Assembly (NCBI GenBank): GCA_946965045.2
Contig: OX337228.1
Location: 372,001 to 436,000 of the forward strand
Source: Epithemia pelagica
Lineage: Eukaryota > Protista > Bacillariophyta
Reading direction: 5' to 3'
DNA length: 64,000 bases
The notes below the pieces were generated by a model. The model made no database searches, had not been told where the DNA came from, and saw nothing but the letters and a program-made list of their open reading frames with translations. The position numbers were made by a program, and so were the translations under genes. Of the stretch, positions 33,901 to 44,401 are shown piece after piece (the stretch's first letter is position 1; the number at the start of each line of letters is the position of its first letter).

Positions 33901-34583
33901 AACAGACCGCACAACAACGCACCCCGGCAGCAGGAACACAAGTTCCTGTTGTCCCACTGGAAAAAGCCACACCGACACAATCCGATATGACTCGGATGGA
34001 AACGGTACTACGAGCAACGTCGAAGCTGGAACTCTACGAACTGTCCGGAACTATTGGTGCCCACGGCATAGAGGCGGAAACAAGTTACAAGTTCAAGTCG
34101 GTCAAAAAGGTTGATAAGAAGACAGTTGTGAGCGATGCGACATGGGACGACGTCGAATTGGTTGATCTGGTAGACGATCCACGAGATGAAGACCAACTAG
34201 AGGCTTTGGATCGAAAAGTTGTTGCTCCTTACGACGATGACGAAGACAAGGAAGATTCTGACACGGCGTTAAAAGAAGCCATCCAGGAAAGAAAGAATGA
34301 ACTCATTCAACAAACCGCGTTGGAGAAGACTGTTGCTAGTCTGCCCGTTGCAAATGCCAATGAAGGCACGAAAGGAGATAGTGGGAAACGTAAAGCCTCT
34401 TCAACTATTCAAAAAGGAAGGAAACGGACGAAGCAGAATTCACTCTCTGAGGCACTCGCAAGAACTGTGGTTAGAACACCACGCAAGAAAGACAATCGCA
34501 AACCACCCCCAACCCCAAACAGACTCGCCAATGAGAAGAAGCCCAAGACTTGCAGAGAAGGAAGTCTCAAGTACGGACAATGA
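30930..34583 (+). CDS. hAT transposase (1217 aa, intact)
   Basis: BED-like CPHC..H..H; TITHDIW (D), VNDNTNS (D), CDMH (CxxH), QERVFS (E); dimerisation motif VLKWWSDNKMLFPKL. Confidence 0.92.
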   Translation: MSLLPIEDIEVDLNSPAVSSLSSATFMYAMAPQRKNQQQSSQSSKEARLSSATGGDDNNEEPTNPPTTTNERENENQAPPTTANNEDNSQQVAAPAPTDEGPLTQSRKDEIKQEKSYVSFCPPPKKLFRNFQNSFFGKVRYLNFKKLTSTKKTLKSNPAVNLGKMPGLFSCLQLLESASDEDKEMNDGYHSIVKKLVVCPHCFDDPTVSLDKCLLGLGRGLSSNISTHFGKYHPEVVEDTASVATDPTQQPISMYSGTMVSKQDARVMFHQSIYKFVNDCGFPASTVEKESFRDLLKCAIANAPKLKEKDCSISNKAITRMRLESYNDFLKTVTELGENVRQAYHDLCNKPIAFSTITHDIWQGNDKDVLGVCLMFTDPRNCKSYRLPIGLCSTKGHTAKQVADHTSSILNAVGFTQQDLSASVNDNTNSAVLAGKYIVGNKTGGKCDMHRAELILKHSTGLAVRKKKGEVVDSNEEFMTVYRKFFKFAAWMMSSRAKRFEKIRSYALKHGRKVIKVSMPNTTRVGGCIITFHDLFRNKFVTDMYAKEQFEYKDDEFIKHYPSEEDWQLLAEFEGILAPLKQVSMSLQVDDPSASACSLLEIFTSKHCVEVMKDKGVPVLTVTGPNARPWDASLTIAKLQAYRDIVTYDKLSEKSQLLIERVLVEYTNYIEEGHDSHAEHAMCGHPFLASYGPNILKTINVYDDESLKRIRKEFVMDIVRKFSQPKKNGTNPQSKSNQQEREQQKESTPVEIIEDEEEESSVPKAVSNVMDCFNIFKTHRITKEKENAALMEATATSTSTDDQVDRAKLYKMCDEQFGRYLEFCENVVHGSWEDLIRQYPTAAFLKLSGSWNPEKQQEFKLACTEHYFHVVGKYFDVLKWWSDNKMLFPKLFPSALIWISKPATNAFQERVFSRSSFMDRNPLMRRQLDKNFEMRTMESITREVRSEIVKNEKLLKQGATSDEKKAASGRQAKKVIDLSQESKGEEVSQVQQTAQQRTPAAGTQVPVVPLEKATPTQSDMTRMETVLRATSKLELYELSGTIGAHGIEAETSYKFKSVKKVDKKTVVSDATWDDVELVDLVDDPRDEDQLEALDRKVVAPYDDDEDKEDSDTALKEAIQERKNELIQQTALEKTVASLPVANANEGTKGDSGKRKASSTIQKGRKRTKQNSLSEALARTVVRTPRKKDNRKPPPTPNRLANEKKPKTCREGSLKYGQ

Positions 34584-34697
34584 CGGTACCAGTTGATCTC
34601 CGACCACGAACGTCACTGAAGGTGACAATGGAAGAAACGTCACGGAAACTATACATCCATAATCGCAGTGCATCTTGGTAAATATAAAATATGACAG

Positions 34698-36539
34698 TCA
34701 TTTAGTATATTCTTTTATCAACTGCAGAAAGAAATACTTGAGATGGCGAAGATTCGCTGGAGATTTAGATTCGGATTTGTCATGAGAGTGAGCCACAATA
34801 AAAGACTCCATTTGTTCTTGGCACTTGCTTCTGGTCTGTGGTTTGTTAAGTAGTTGTCCTAGAGAACCAAATAAAGGATTGATTTCCTCCCATCGTTCTT
34901 TAGGAAGCCATGATTGAAGGTTCAAAGAGCATTCCATGCCGTCATTGATATGAGACTCCGTCCAATTGAGAACCTTAGTTGATCGGATAACATGAATATC
35001 TGAGGGAATTCCTTCCGTCCGGCCAAATGCCGTTTGTAGAATGATTGTTCCCGTCTTGTGGCCAATTCCAGGTAAGGTCATAAGCTCAGCAAGGGAAATG
35101 TCTTTAGGAATGCGACCTTTGTGTCGCTGGACGAAATAGTCTGCGGCGTTGACTATGCGTTCCGCATTGACACGATACCGTCCTGTTTCTGCAAACAAAC
35201 TACAGAAAACATCCATCCCAAAATATGTAGACACTTCAATTGTTCCTTGTGCACTAGTGATGCCCGATTGGAATAAGCGAGGGATCACTTGAGAGAGACT
35301 TTGATCTGATGTGGCCGAGCTCATCAAGATAACAATGAGACACATGAAGGCTGGGTCAGAGTCTTCATATTCCGACATATTGTTGGTAATCCATTCGGAC
35401 CATGTGTCTCTGGGGGCTTCCAAACCAGACTGAAGGAAATACCGACGTAAATGGGAAAGATTATCAAGTAAAAACAGCCGGGAATCAATTGTGGATTGGT
35501 TTCTAATGGGGATGGAAGGGCGAAACATTCTGGTCATGACAGGTTTGGTAATTGCAGGTGTCCCAGGCATGTGTCTGTCGCCATAGACTATCTGTTCCTT
35601 GGCGGAACATGATTGCAATAAAGCATGGCAGAGAACAGTTTTTCTTTGCCGAGTCAAGACATGGGCAGTGGGGGAAAATTGTCGCTTGGTCCAATATTCA
35701 TCAATGACAGGAGAAGAAGCCCAATATTCACGGGTGACAGAAGTAGAAGCGTTGTTGCTATTTGGGCCCATGGTAGATTGAGAAGCTTTGGCAACTGGAG
35801 TTGATGGAGGACTTGTATCAATAGAAGGAGGGGACGTTGTTGTATCCAGTTTCATTGAGTAACGGTCATCCTCCATCGTGCTCTTCTTAGTATGCGCAAC
35901 AATGTCCTCAACAACGATGTCGATGCTTGGACTAATACAAATAGGACACTCTGTCCGTAGGTCAAAGGAATTTCTAACCTGGATTCTGGCATTGTGTCGG
36001 GTCATCCAGGTTAGAAGATTCCATTCCACGGAAAGTTTAGTGTAGTTGTTTTGCTGATGGTAATCGGCATTGAATTTTTGAAAAGCTCTGAGACCATTGG
36101 AGGAAGGCAAAGAAAATATTGGTCGGCATTTTCCTTCAATGGAGATGAAGGGGAGGTCGTCGGTGGGGGGGTTCATCTCGTATGTGACTTGGAATGAGTC
36201 ATCTTCTTGGGAATACAGACCCGTAAACACTATTCGACAGACAGTGTTCAGTAAGCTTTCGAATGACATGCGACTGGGAGATAAACAAGGGTGGCTTGTG
36301 TTGGATGGATAGTCAACTTGTTGGTAGTGCAGACTTCCATTGTACCGGGTAAGCCACAGCAACACCACATCTTTTATGTTCTCCATTGCCAAGTCTTGTG
36401 TCGCCTTTTCCAAGGGAGTGGTTAACAAAGTTGAGTCCTCTAGCATCATGGTCATGAACGATATTGGAATATGGGTCACAGTGATGACTTGGTGACAAGT
36501 CACATCGAGGTTGATGGTACGGTCATCTGATGCTTCCAT
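34698..36539 (-). CDS. HhH-GPD DNA glycosylase/AP lyase, endonuclease III (Nth/NTHL1)-like, with long N-terminal extension
   Basis: LMSSATSD, ELMTLPGIGHKTG (HhH with catalytic Lys), GIPSDIHV (catalytic Asp), WLPKERWEEINPLFGSLGQ. No 4-Cys Fe-S motif. Uninterrupted 613-aa ORF. Confidence 0.92.
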   Translation of the reverse strand: MEASDDRTINLDVTCHQVITVTHIPISFMTMMLEDSTLLTTPLEKATQDLAMENIKDVVLLWLTRYNGSLHYQQVDYPSNTSHPCLSPSRMSFESLLNTVCRIVFTGLYSQEDDSFQVTYEMNPPTDDLPFISIEGKCRPIFSLPSSNGLRAFQKFNADYHQQNNYTKLSVEWNLLTWMTRHNARIQVRNSFDLRTECPICISPSIDIVVEDIVAHTKKSTMEDDRYSMKLDTTTSPPSIDTSPPSTPVAKASQSTMGPNSNNASTSVTREYWASSPVIDEYWTKRQFSPTAHVLTRQRKTVLCHALLQSCSAKEQIVYGDRHMPGTPAITKPVMTRMFRPSIPIRNQSTIDSRLFLLDNLSHLRRYFLQSGLEAPRDTWSEWITNNMSEYEDSDPAFMCLIVILMSSATSDQSLSQVIPRLFQSGITSAQGTIEVSTYFGMDVFCSLFAETGRYRVNAERIVNAADYFVQRHKGRIPKDISLAELMTLPGIGHKTGTIILQTAFGRTEGIPSDIHVIRSTKVLNWTESHINDGMECSLNLQSWLPKERWEEINPLFGSLGQLLNKPQTRSKCQEQMESFIVAHSHDKSESKSPANLRHLKYFFLQLIKEYTK

Positions 36540-37447
36540 TGTACTTGAATATAAGATGCATGGGGTTGAGGATGGGGAAATAATAGTGGCAATGAGAAAT
36601 GAGAAGGGCAGGAAAACTGAAGGTTGTGTCGTTGATGGAAAGGAGCAGAGGTTAAGGTGACAGGTGACAGTGGATTGGTGAATGTTGAGAGGTTGAGAGT
36701 TGTGAGTTGTGAGTGTTGGTTGAACCTCTGTCGTGAGTCGTCAACGTTCTACTCCTCTGGGAGTGATATTGGTAAATATGTGCAGGAAGAGTGTGAATAA
36801 ATACGTAGAAACAGATAAGAGTGAATGGTTCCTCTGAATGAAAAATTGTTGTTTGTGACTACGACAACAAAGAAGTTGCAACTAATAGTTGTAACTATGG
36901 AGGTGACAGAGGGATGAAGTTTAATTACAAGGGGCAAAGTTGCAACTTGGACTTGTTTAGTCTAGTTGCAGACTCAGAAAAGAAACTACGACTTTCAAAG
37001 TTAGTCTAAGTTAAGTTGCAGGTTCTTCATTGGAACCATATTTAATCTAGTCAAGTTAGTACCTTAGTCGTGTTAGACTATTAGTTGCAAGTTCATTCTG
37101 TATCGTGGTTTTGTGATTTGATTAGTTTAAGTTAAGTTAATCATACATGTTGCATTAACTAGTGGGTACAAGTCGCATCACAGTAAACTGTCTAATGAAT
37201 TATTAGTTGGGAAGTTAAGTCTAATGGCTGATTTTCCAACTTCCACACCCTGCTCCTCAACCTCCTTTCTTTACAGGCCCGGCGTGTCGGCCGGCGATCA
37301 CGCACGGCACATGCAGTACTTATTCTTTTCCTCCTCCACTATTGCAACACGACAATGGTGTTGGTGTGTTTGGTTTTTGCTCTACCCAAAGCAACCCTTC
37401 TTACCCCTTAAGCGACAGCTGTGGTCATTTAGGAAGCACAAGACAAT

Positions 37448-39130
37448 ATGGCAGAAGAGGAGGCGACAGAAATGGATGTCGACGACACCAGGACAGGGAA
37501 CGTAGCGCTCTCTCAAGGACTCCAGGAAATTTTTGACGCAGTAGGAGAGTCTTTCGCTAAGTGCGAAATCGATGTTTCCACTCTGTTTACAACGAACACG
37601 GACGGTCAGCTGATCTTGAATGCGAATGAGGACGGTTTCCTCGAATTATCGTGTCTCGACAAGCTTCGGCTTGGTTCGGGGGAAAACTTCTTGATGCCAA
37701 GGCGATTATTTGTTCGTTCCGAAATGCAGACAATGTTTAGCAATTTATTGACCAAAAAAACTCCACAGGAGAATAGGCGGATTTTGACTGGATCGGCTGG
37801 TATTGGCAAGTCTGTTCTGCTTTTCCTGGTTGCGCTACGGTTTCAATTGCTTCCAGAGCATTCGACGAAGAAGATCAGCTTCATTCGAAAAGTGAAAGAG
37901 GGCCGGTACATTGCGCTGTACATCATGGAACCTGGTGAGCAACCGTCTACAATCAGGCTGGTTTTTTCGGACACAATCAATAAGGCCGACTACCAGTCGA
38001 ACTTTGAATTATGGAAAACCGTGCGTGGCTTTACGAAGGTGCTCAAGACGTCCGATTACGAACCCTTCGTTGATGGCCCCCTACATTCTGAAAAAATGGA
38101 TTTGCTGAACACAGACTATCGTTTCTTTTGCACTTCGGGTGGCTTTCCCACCGTTAGTCAAGCGGAGATCATGACCACTATTGTCAGCATACTGACAGGG
38201 TGGAAGGAAGACACTATTTGCTTCGTTCTGACTAAGATGGGGCAGACAGTAGCTCAAGCCCAAGAAATATACTCTTATTCAGGTGGTAGGATTCGTCTTG
38301 CTCTTATGGGTACACAGAAAGATGGGAAAGTACGTATAAAAGAGTGGTTCGATGACTTGCTGACAGGCTTCGCGCAACGAAAAATCCATCTGGCTACCAC
38401 GAGGACGGATAGTCACGCGTCCATGGACCATAGTGACAGGCTTCGTACACGTTTCATCGATTATGATGGAAAGGGAACCAGTTTGTTGATCGTTGACTCT
38501 CAGTACGCGATTTCACGACTAAGGGCTCGGCTCGACGTTGGTGACTTTGTGTCGTCCTATAACTTAGCGACCGTTTGTGGCCTTCAATCGGCGAGAGGCT
38601 GGTTCTTTGAGGAAATCTTGCATCTATGGTTCAAAAGAAAGGATAGGCCACTCATTGAAGACTGGATCAGAAGTGCCGGTGATGCCGCAGAAGGTATCAA
38701 GAATCTTGATCGCAAACAGAGGTATTGGATCCCTGCTACGTCTAATTTTGCGAATATCGATGCCGCCTTCGTCTATCAGAATGTTTTGGTGTGCATCCAG
38801 TACACAGTCGGGAAGCAGCATGATTTTGATCAGGTCACTTTTTGGCAGGATTTCGCTGGCAGGGTCCTCACGGTAGTCCCTTTCTTATCTATTGCAGTTT
38901 GGTTTGTTTCACCTAGCGGCACAGGTTTTCGCAACACCCACAAAGGGTACAATCAGACTTACTCTGCTGCTACCGGCACAGGTACGCGAAGCCAGGGCAA
39001 ACTACTTCATGTTCCGATCTCATTTGGTACTGCGGAAGTTTCGTGCGAGAGCACAGACACGTTAGATATGACGGCGCCGAAGATGGCCTTTCTCAACGAG
39101 GAGATGTATAAAAATGAACAGGAGTGCTGA
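37448..39130 (+). CDS. Crinkler/RHS-like NTPase-nuclease, copy 2
   Basis: Paralog of 12902-14587; intact 560-aa ORF. Confidence 0.75.
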   Translation: MAEEEATEMDVDDTRTGNVALSQGLQEIFDAVGESFAKCEIDVSTLFTTNTDGQLILNANEDGFLELSCLDKLRLGSGENFLMPRRLFVRSEMQTMFSNLLTKKTPQENRRILTGSAGIGKSVLLFLVALRFQLLPEHSTKKISFIRKVKEGRYIALYIMEPGEQPSTIRLVFSDTINKADYQSNFELWKTVRGFTKVLKTSDYEPFVDGPLHSEKMDLLNTDYRFFCTSGGFPTVSQAEIMTTIVSILTGWKEDTICFVLTKMGQTVAQAQEIYSYSGGRIRLALMGTQKDGKVRIKEWFDDLLTGFAQRKIHLATTRTDSHASMDHSDRLRTRFIDYDGKGTSLLIVDSQYAISRLRARLDVGDFVSSYNLATVCGLQSARGWFFEEILHLWFKRKDRPLIEDWIRSAGDAAEGIKNLDRKQRYWIPATSNFANIDAAFVYQNVLVCIQYTVGKQHDFDQVTFWQDFAGRVLTVVPFLSIAVWFVSPSGTGFRNTHKGYNQTYSAATGTGTRSQGKLLHVPISFGTAEVSCESTDTLDMTAPKMAFLNEEMYKNEQEC

Positions 39131-39651
39131 TAAGACCGACAGCCCGTCTCAAGACTTCCGACATGATTCTAAATGCTCTAGGTAGTACACTCCACATACA
39201 TAGTTGGAACTTGCCAAGAAAGAATCCGTGGCCTCAATCCAATCCAACCTATACAAGTCTTATGTTCGTACTTACGCAGAGTTTCATATAATACCACTAC
39301 TACAGAGCAAACCTTTTTTTCTTGTGGAGGACAATCCCCTGCCTCTTTTACGGTGTTAGTCATGAATATTGGATTCATGCGTACCAAAGAAACCTATGGA
39401 ACAAGTAACCAAGCCCATATTAGGTCCATAATTGCCATAACATAGTTTCGCGATGGGATGTGCTTTGAGGTTTTCAGGGAAAGGAAGTTCGAAGTTCGCA
39501 TCGTCTTGTCATTGACGACCGTTCTAAAAGCCACTCAAGCGCCAATGAAATACAGCCACGTGGAGATCCAACATCAATCAGAATTGCCCACGATGAATGA
39601 AAAAAAACAAGAGATCCACCTGCGGATCGGCGGTGATTGTTGGTTATACGG

Positions 39652-41793
39652 TCAAGTCTCTTCTTGTTCTTGTTCCAAGAGACTGGCCAAGAGACAGGTC
39701 ATGCGGTGTCGAATCCGTTGCTTCAAAATAGATTGGGGTCCCGTCAAGTCAAAGTACTGGGACCAGGCCTTGGGTGATGCCAAAATGGGTTCATGCCGTG
39801 CCACGTGACGATAGGCCGTCGTATTGCGTTCCAAGGCGACAATCCGATCCAAGGCCGGTTGGGGATTGCTTATATTGTAAAAAATCAAGGCTCGTGGATT
39901 AAACATGTCCAACACGTGTGGGGTGCCATAATAAATGGGAATACACCCACCCCAAAAGGCCAAGAGTAGCTTTTCGGTAATGTAGCCGTCTTGTGCCGTA
40001 TTTTCCAACACGAGACAAAAGCGATAATTGCGATAGGATTGATATTTGGTCATCCATCGACCCGCGTCTTTTTTGGGTGGATACTGGGCCGGTTGGACCC
40101 AGGTTTGAGCCAAGGTGTCGTACTCGTGTTTCGAATGTCGCGGTGGAGAAACAGGTGCGGCGATACGGTCTTGTGGTGGTTGTTGTTGGTGGTGCTGTTG
40201 TTGGTGTCGTTCTTGTTTTTGCAACCACGATGCATAGTGGTGTTCCGTACCTCGACACAGTCCTCCATAGTCGACGGGTTGTTGGACGGCCTCGGCAATA
40301 TCCAGCAGGGCTTGTTCCCGGTAGGGGACACAATTGCCATGGGTATAAATCAAAAAGGCTTGTCCCGTGGTTCGTGGTTTCAGGGCCGGATTCCACAACC
40401 ATTCTTGCATCCGTGCCGGAGCTTCCACGACGGTTTGTGCGGCAAAGGTGATTTGCACACTCCAGGGAGAATCGGCCAGGTATCCGACATGCAAACTGCG
40501 ACGAAACTCAAAAGATGAAGCAGCAGCAGGTACGGGAGGACTGGACTGAGATGATGATTCTGGTAGAGAGCGAGTGTTGTTGTCGTCGTTGTTGAGTGAC
40601 CGTCCGTGCGGTTCTTGCGGTAGTAATTCTCCTTGGTGTTGTTCTTGTCGTCGTTGCTGTCGTTGCAGCTGCTGGTCCTGCCACTGGTGGACATGTTGTT
40701 CGAGGCCGCGGACGCCATAGGATTCGCCATTCCAGTGCACAATCGTGCCGGGAAAGAGCTGGTCAAACCGAGCCGTTCCAAAGGCGCGACCACCTCGACC
40801 ACTGTGAAAACAATACCCATTGCTCCCCAGAACCAAGACATCGTGCACCGTCGCATGAGGGACGGCCAAGCCTCGCAACCACGTGTGCACGTCCGCTTCG
40901 GTTTCATTTTTAGAACTGGTGGTGGTATTGGTGGTGGTGGCCGCCGCCAAGCGGGTCCAAACGGAGGGGGGAATGCGAAACTCGACCAAGGAGGTATCAA
41001 TGGGAATGGTGGCAAATTCCTCGGGAAACACGAGTCGCAACAATCGTGTCTTGTCATAACCACAGGTATAGAGTCGAGTCATGTACGGGGAGGGCCATGT
41101 TGTCGTCGTTATTGTGGTGAGAGTGCTGTTGTTTCTGGTAGTGTTGTTGGTGGTGTTGGTCGTCCTTGTTGGGTGCGTGGAGGTCCACAGACACACCGTG
41201 TCGTCAGAATCGTCCGGAAGCTGAACCGAACGACTGGGAGGAGCAGGAGCAGCAGCAGAAGGAGCCGTCTGCGGCGATTCGAATGTCGTTCTCTCGGTCG
41301 AGGAAAAGGAGGACAACGAGGCAGTAGCAGTCACTTTGGCAGCCAACGTGTGGTGGTTCGTGTCGTTCATGTCACTCTGAAGAATGGTGGTGGTAAAGTC
41401 ATGGTCTTGTTGTGCCAAAGCAGGGGATTCTCCTCTTGGTGCTGGTGCTGGTCGTGTGGTTGGTGGAATGCTGCTTCTTGGTGTGGTGGTTACTGTTGCT
41501 GTTGCTTTTGTTGCTGGTGGTGATTGTCGTGGCAACGAAAACAAACTGTCCTCAAGTGCTTGTTCGTCTTGTTCTCGTTCGTCCAAGATATGCCAGAATT
41601 GAACCAATCGGTGCAGCAACAGGCATACAAAGACTCCGACCAACACGACCAGCCGCAACGACCGACTAGAAGGAACACGAGGAAGAGGACGAGACTGTGG
41701 TTGCAATTGCGGTTGCCGCAACTGATTCGAAACGGTCCCTTGTTGTCGTCGACTGGCAGCGCCAGCACCAGCACTCCGTTCTCGCCATGGCAT
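39652..41793 (-). CDS. GT10 fucosyltransferase-like, copy 2
   Basis: Same GT10 motif; differs from copy 1 mainly by indels in Q/T/H tracts. Confidence 0.9.
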   Translation of the reverse strand: MPWRERSAGAGAASRRQQGTVSNQLRQPQLQPQSRPLPRVPSSRSLRLVVLVGVFVCLLLHRLVQFWHILDEREQDEQALEDSLFSLPRQSPPATKATATVTTTPRSSIPPTTRPAPAPRGESPALAQQDHDFTTTILQSDMNDTNHHTLAAKVTATASLSSFSSTERTTFESPQTAPSAAAPAPPSRSVQLPDDSDDTVCLWTSTHPTRTTNTTNNTTRNNSTLTTITTTTWPSPYMTRLYTCGYDKTRLLRLVFPEEFATIPIDTSLVEFRIPPSVWTRLAAATTTNTTTSSKNETEADVHTWLRGLAVPHATVHDVLVLGSNGYCFHSGRGGRAFGTARFDQLFPGTIVHWNGESYGVRGLEQHVHQWQDQQLQRQQRRQEQHQGELLPQEPHGRSLNNDDNNTRSLPESSSQSSPPVPAAASSFEFRRSLHVGYLADSPWSVQITFAAQTVVEAPARMQEWLWNPALKPRTTGQAFLIYTHGNCVPYREQALLDIAEAVQQPVDYGGLCRGTEHHYASWLQKQERHQQQHHQQQPPQDRIAAPVSPPRHSKHEYDTLAQTWVQPAQYPPKKDAGRWMTKYQSYRNYRFCLVLENTAQDGYITEKLLLAFWGGCIPIYYGTPHVLDMFNPRALIFYNISNPQPALDRIVALERNTTAYRHVARHEPILASPKAWSQYFDLTGPQSILKQRIRHRMTCLLASLLEQEQEET

Positions 41794-42251
41794 GCTGATG
41801 GTAACCCCTCTCTCTTTTTCTCTCTCTTTCGGACTTTCTGGGAGCACAGTCTCCTTCTTGAATCGTGTTGATGGAGTGGCAACACACTCGGTTGGTTCCA
41901 ACACAAAAGGAGAGAGAGAGAGAACAATCGATCTAATCTAGATATGCGTATTGGAAGAGGAGATGATGTGATGGAGAAAATGGGGTCTGTGGTTTTGTTG
42001 GGGAAACGAGAATGACCCGAGTCAACGGGACCAGGACTACCCACGCTCGACCGTTTGGTCCTGGTGTGGCGCGAGCGCGTCAACCGTTCCAGTTCCAGCA
42101 GATTGTTTGTCACCACAAAACTACCTACTTTCTTTCCCAACCCCTCTAACACAAACCAGCGCGAAAGCATCGATCAGACTTTGAAGCGAACTTGTCGATA
42201 GAGGCACCACGAGAACCACTGTTTCGTCTTGATTGCAGCTAGGAATACAAA

Positions 42252-43381
42252 ATGGATGTGAGACAACAAGCTCGCTTGTCTGGCCTCGTATGGGGCAGCG
42301 ATCCAGAACAACAAGCACTGTGGACCAGAAATGACCAAGACTGACCTCCCATTGAGCGGTATGGGCATGCCTCTGTTGTTGTGCATCCTCCACACAACAA
42401 CAAGGAACAAATCGTTGTGGTAATAGGAGGCAAAACGCAGCAAGAAAAGATTGCCAACAATTCAGTGCTCCTCCTTTGGAATGCTGCTGAACAATCTACT
42501 AGCTGCAGAAAGTGGATTGAGGGGCCAGCTATGAATGAAACGAGAAAATCCCTCGCTACGGTAGTCTGCAATGGCAACTTGTACGCTATTGGTGGACGAA
42601 ATGACCGCCGTTCCCTTCTGAACACCATTGAACGGATTGATATCATTGGTCTTCTCTCACCCAAGAAATGTTACAAGGAGAACCCATGGGCGACACTGAC
42701 ATATCGATTGTTGGAAGCGAGAGTCTGCTGTTGCACTGCCTCGATTCACAACAGGTATATTGTTGTGGCTGGTGGATGGGGTGTGGATATGGAAGCTTTG
42801 GCATCCGTCGAAATAATTGACTCTATGCAAGAAAGTTCACCATATATCTTTCCAGGCCCACCCCTGAACGTGCCTCGTCATGATTTTGGAATGACTGTGA
42901 TTGGTCCGTGTATTTATGTTGTTGGTGGTCTATCTCATGAGTTACAAGCAGAAGGCTTGAAATCAGTCGAGACTTGAAATGGAGAAATTCGCGTGAAGGG
43001 ACAAGGAACAACGCAACATCTGTATTGTCAGCGTCTTTGTCATGGAAGATACATGAGGACTTGGCTTTGAGTGAGCCTCGCTGGTCGCATGCTGTGGATC
43101 GAGTTGGATCATGCTTGGTTGTATCAGGAGGTTGGCCCCGTTTACGGTCTGTTGAAATAATGGACACAAAACGCAACAAAGTGTGGAAAATGGTTCCAGA
43201 AATGACTGTCCCACGTATCTGGCACACCATGGTTGCTCTTTCGACTGGTATTGTTTGTATATCTGGTTTGGGAGGAAACTTCTTCTGTGAGAGACTGTCG
43301 TTGATGGACAAGAACTCGGCCGTGTTTCGCGATTTGTTGTTGGGTACAAATGGCGTCCGTCCATGTTTGAAGGAAATGTAA
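42252..43381 (+). pseudogene. Kelch-repeat protein, copy 2 (early TGA and frameshift near 42975)
   Basis: W codon of copy 1 is TGA here; ORF pieces 42381-42977 and 42974-43381. Confidence 0.8.
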
Positions 43382-43477
43382 ACCAACTCGGTATATGCGT
43401 CAAAGGATGAATACTTCTATAGTATCATTGTTTGATCCACTTACTTGACTTTTGTGTGCTTGTTCCTTAGGTCGCAT

Positions 43478-43894
43478 CTACCCATGAATCGACTTTTCAT
43501 TACGTGCACTGTAATAGTATAGTTCGCCCAAGGATTCCCTTGGTGCTGGTGCCGATATTGATGGTGCGGTTGCTGGAATGCTGCTTCTTGTGGTGGCGGT
43601 GAATGTTGATGGTGGTTGTCGTGGCAACGGAACAAAACTGTCATAAAGTGCTTGTTCGTCTTGTTGTCGTTCGTCCAAGAGCACATGCCAAAAGTGAACC
43701 AGTCGGTGCCACAACAGGCATACAACAACGAGTCCAATCCACACAACGACAAGCCGCAACGACCGACTCGAAGGAGGAGGAGGAGGAGGACGGCGACGAG
43801 ACTTTGGTTGTTGTTGCGGTTGCCGCAAGCCAGTCGAAACGGTCCCTTGCTGTCGTCGACTGGCAGCACCAGCACTCCGTTCTCGCCATGGCAT
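43478..43894 (-). CDS. Truncated FucT N-terminus copy (cytosolic tail + TM + short stem), frame intact
   Basis: MPWRERSAGAASRRQQG...LVVVWIGLVVVCLLWHRL...SIHG*. Confidence 0.55.
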   Translation of the reverse strand: MPWRERSAGAASRRQQGTVSTGLRQPQQQPKSRRRPPPPPPSSRSLRLVVVWIGLVVVCLLWHRLVHFWHVLLDERQQDEQALYDSFVPLPRQPPSTFTATTRSSIPATAPSISAPAPRESLGELYYYSARNEKSIHG

Positions 43895-44401
43895 GATAAT
43901 GATGGTACCACCCCTCTCTCTTTTTCTCTCTCTTTCTGACTGTCTGGGAACGCAGTCTCCTTCTTGATACGTGGTGGTGGAGTGGCAACGCACTCGGTTG
44001 GTTCCAACACACCAAGAGAGAGAACAATCGATCTAATCGCGATCTATGCACAAAGAGAGTTCTCGTTTTTTGGTTGGGAAAAGAGAGCGAGAATGACTCT
44101 AGTATCCGGGACCAAGACTACCCACAGGCGACCGCTTGGTCTTGGTGCGGCGAGCGCGTCGACCGTTCCAACACAAAAACCACCGCACAAGATACAAAAT
44201 GCTCCGTCGTCTTCTCTACGCAAAACGTGCGATACAGAATCGATTCCACTGGTTCCAACGAAACAAGGCAAGACCTCTTTTCTTCCTCCTCTGTTTTTGT
44301 GGGGGGAATGGACTGATGTGATATGGTCACTCCGTACACTCCAGTTGATTTTACGACCCAATGATTCGTAGTAGTGGTTGGAAGCCGAGTTGCAATCTTC
44401 T

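Larger units (their letters stand above)
30324..37252 (+). mobile_element. Autonomous hAT DNA transposon with cargo gene
   Basis: 14-bp TIR CAGGGTGTGGAAGT/ACTTCCACACCCTG; 8-bp TSD CTCCTCAA (30316-30323, 37253-37260); empty site present in arm 1 at about 14770-14785; AAGTT/CAAG-rich subterminal tracts. Confidence 0.97.
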
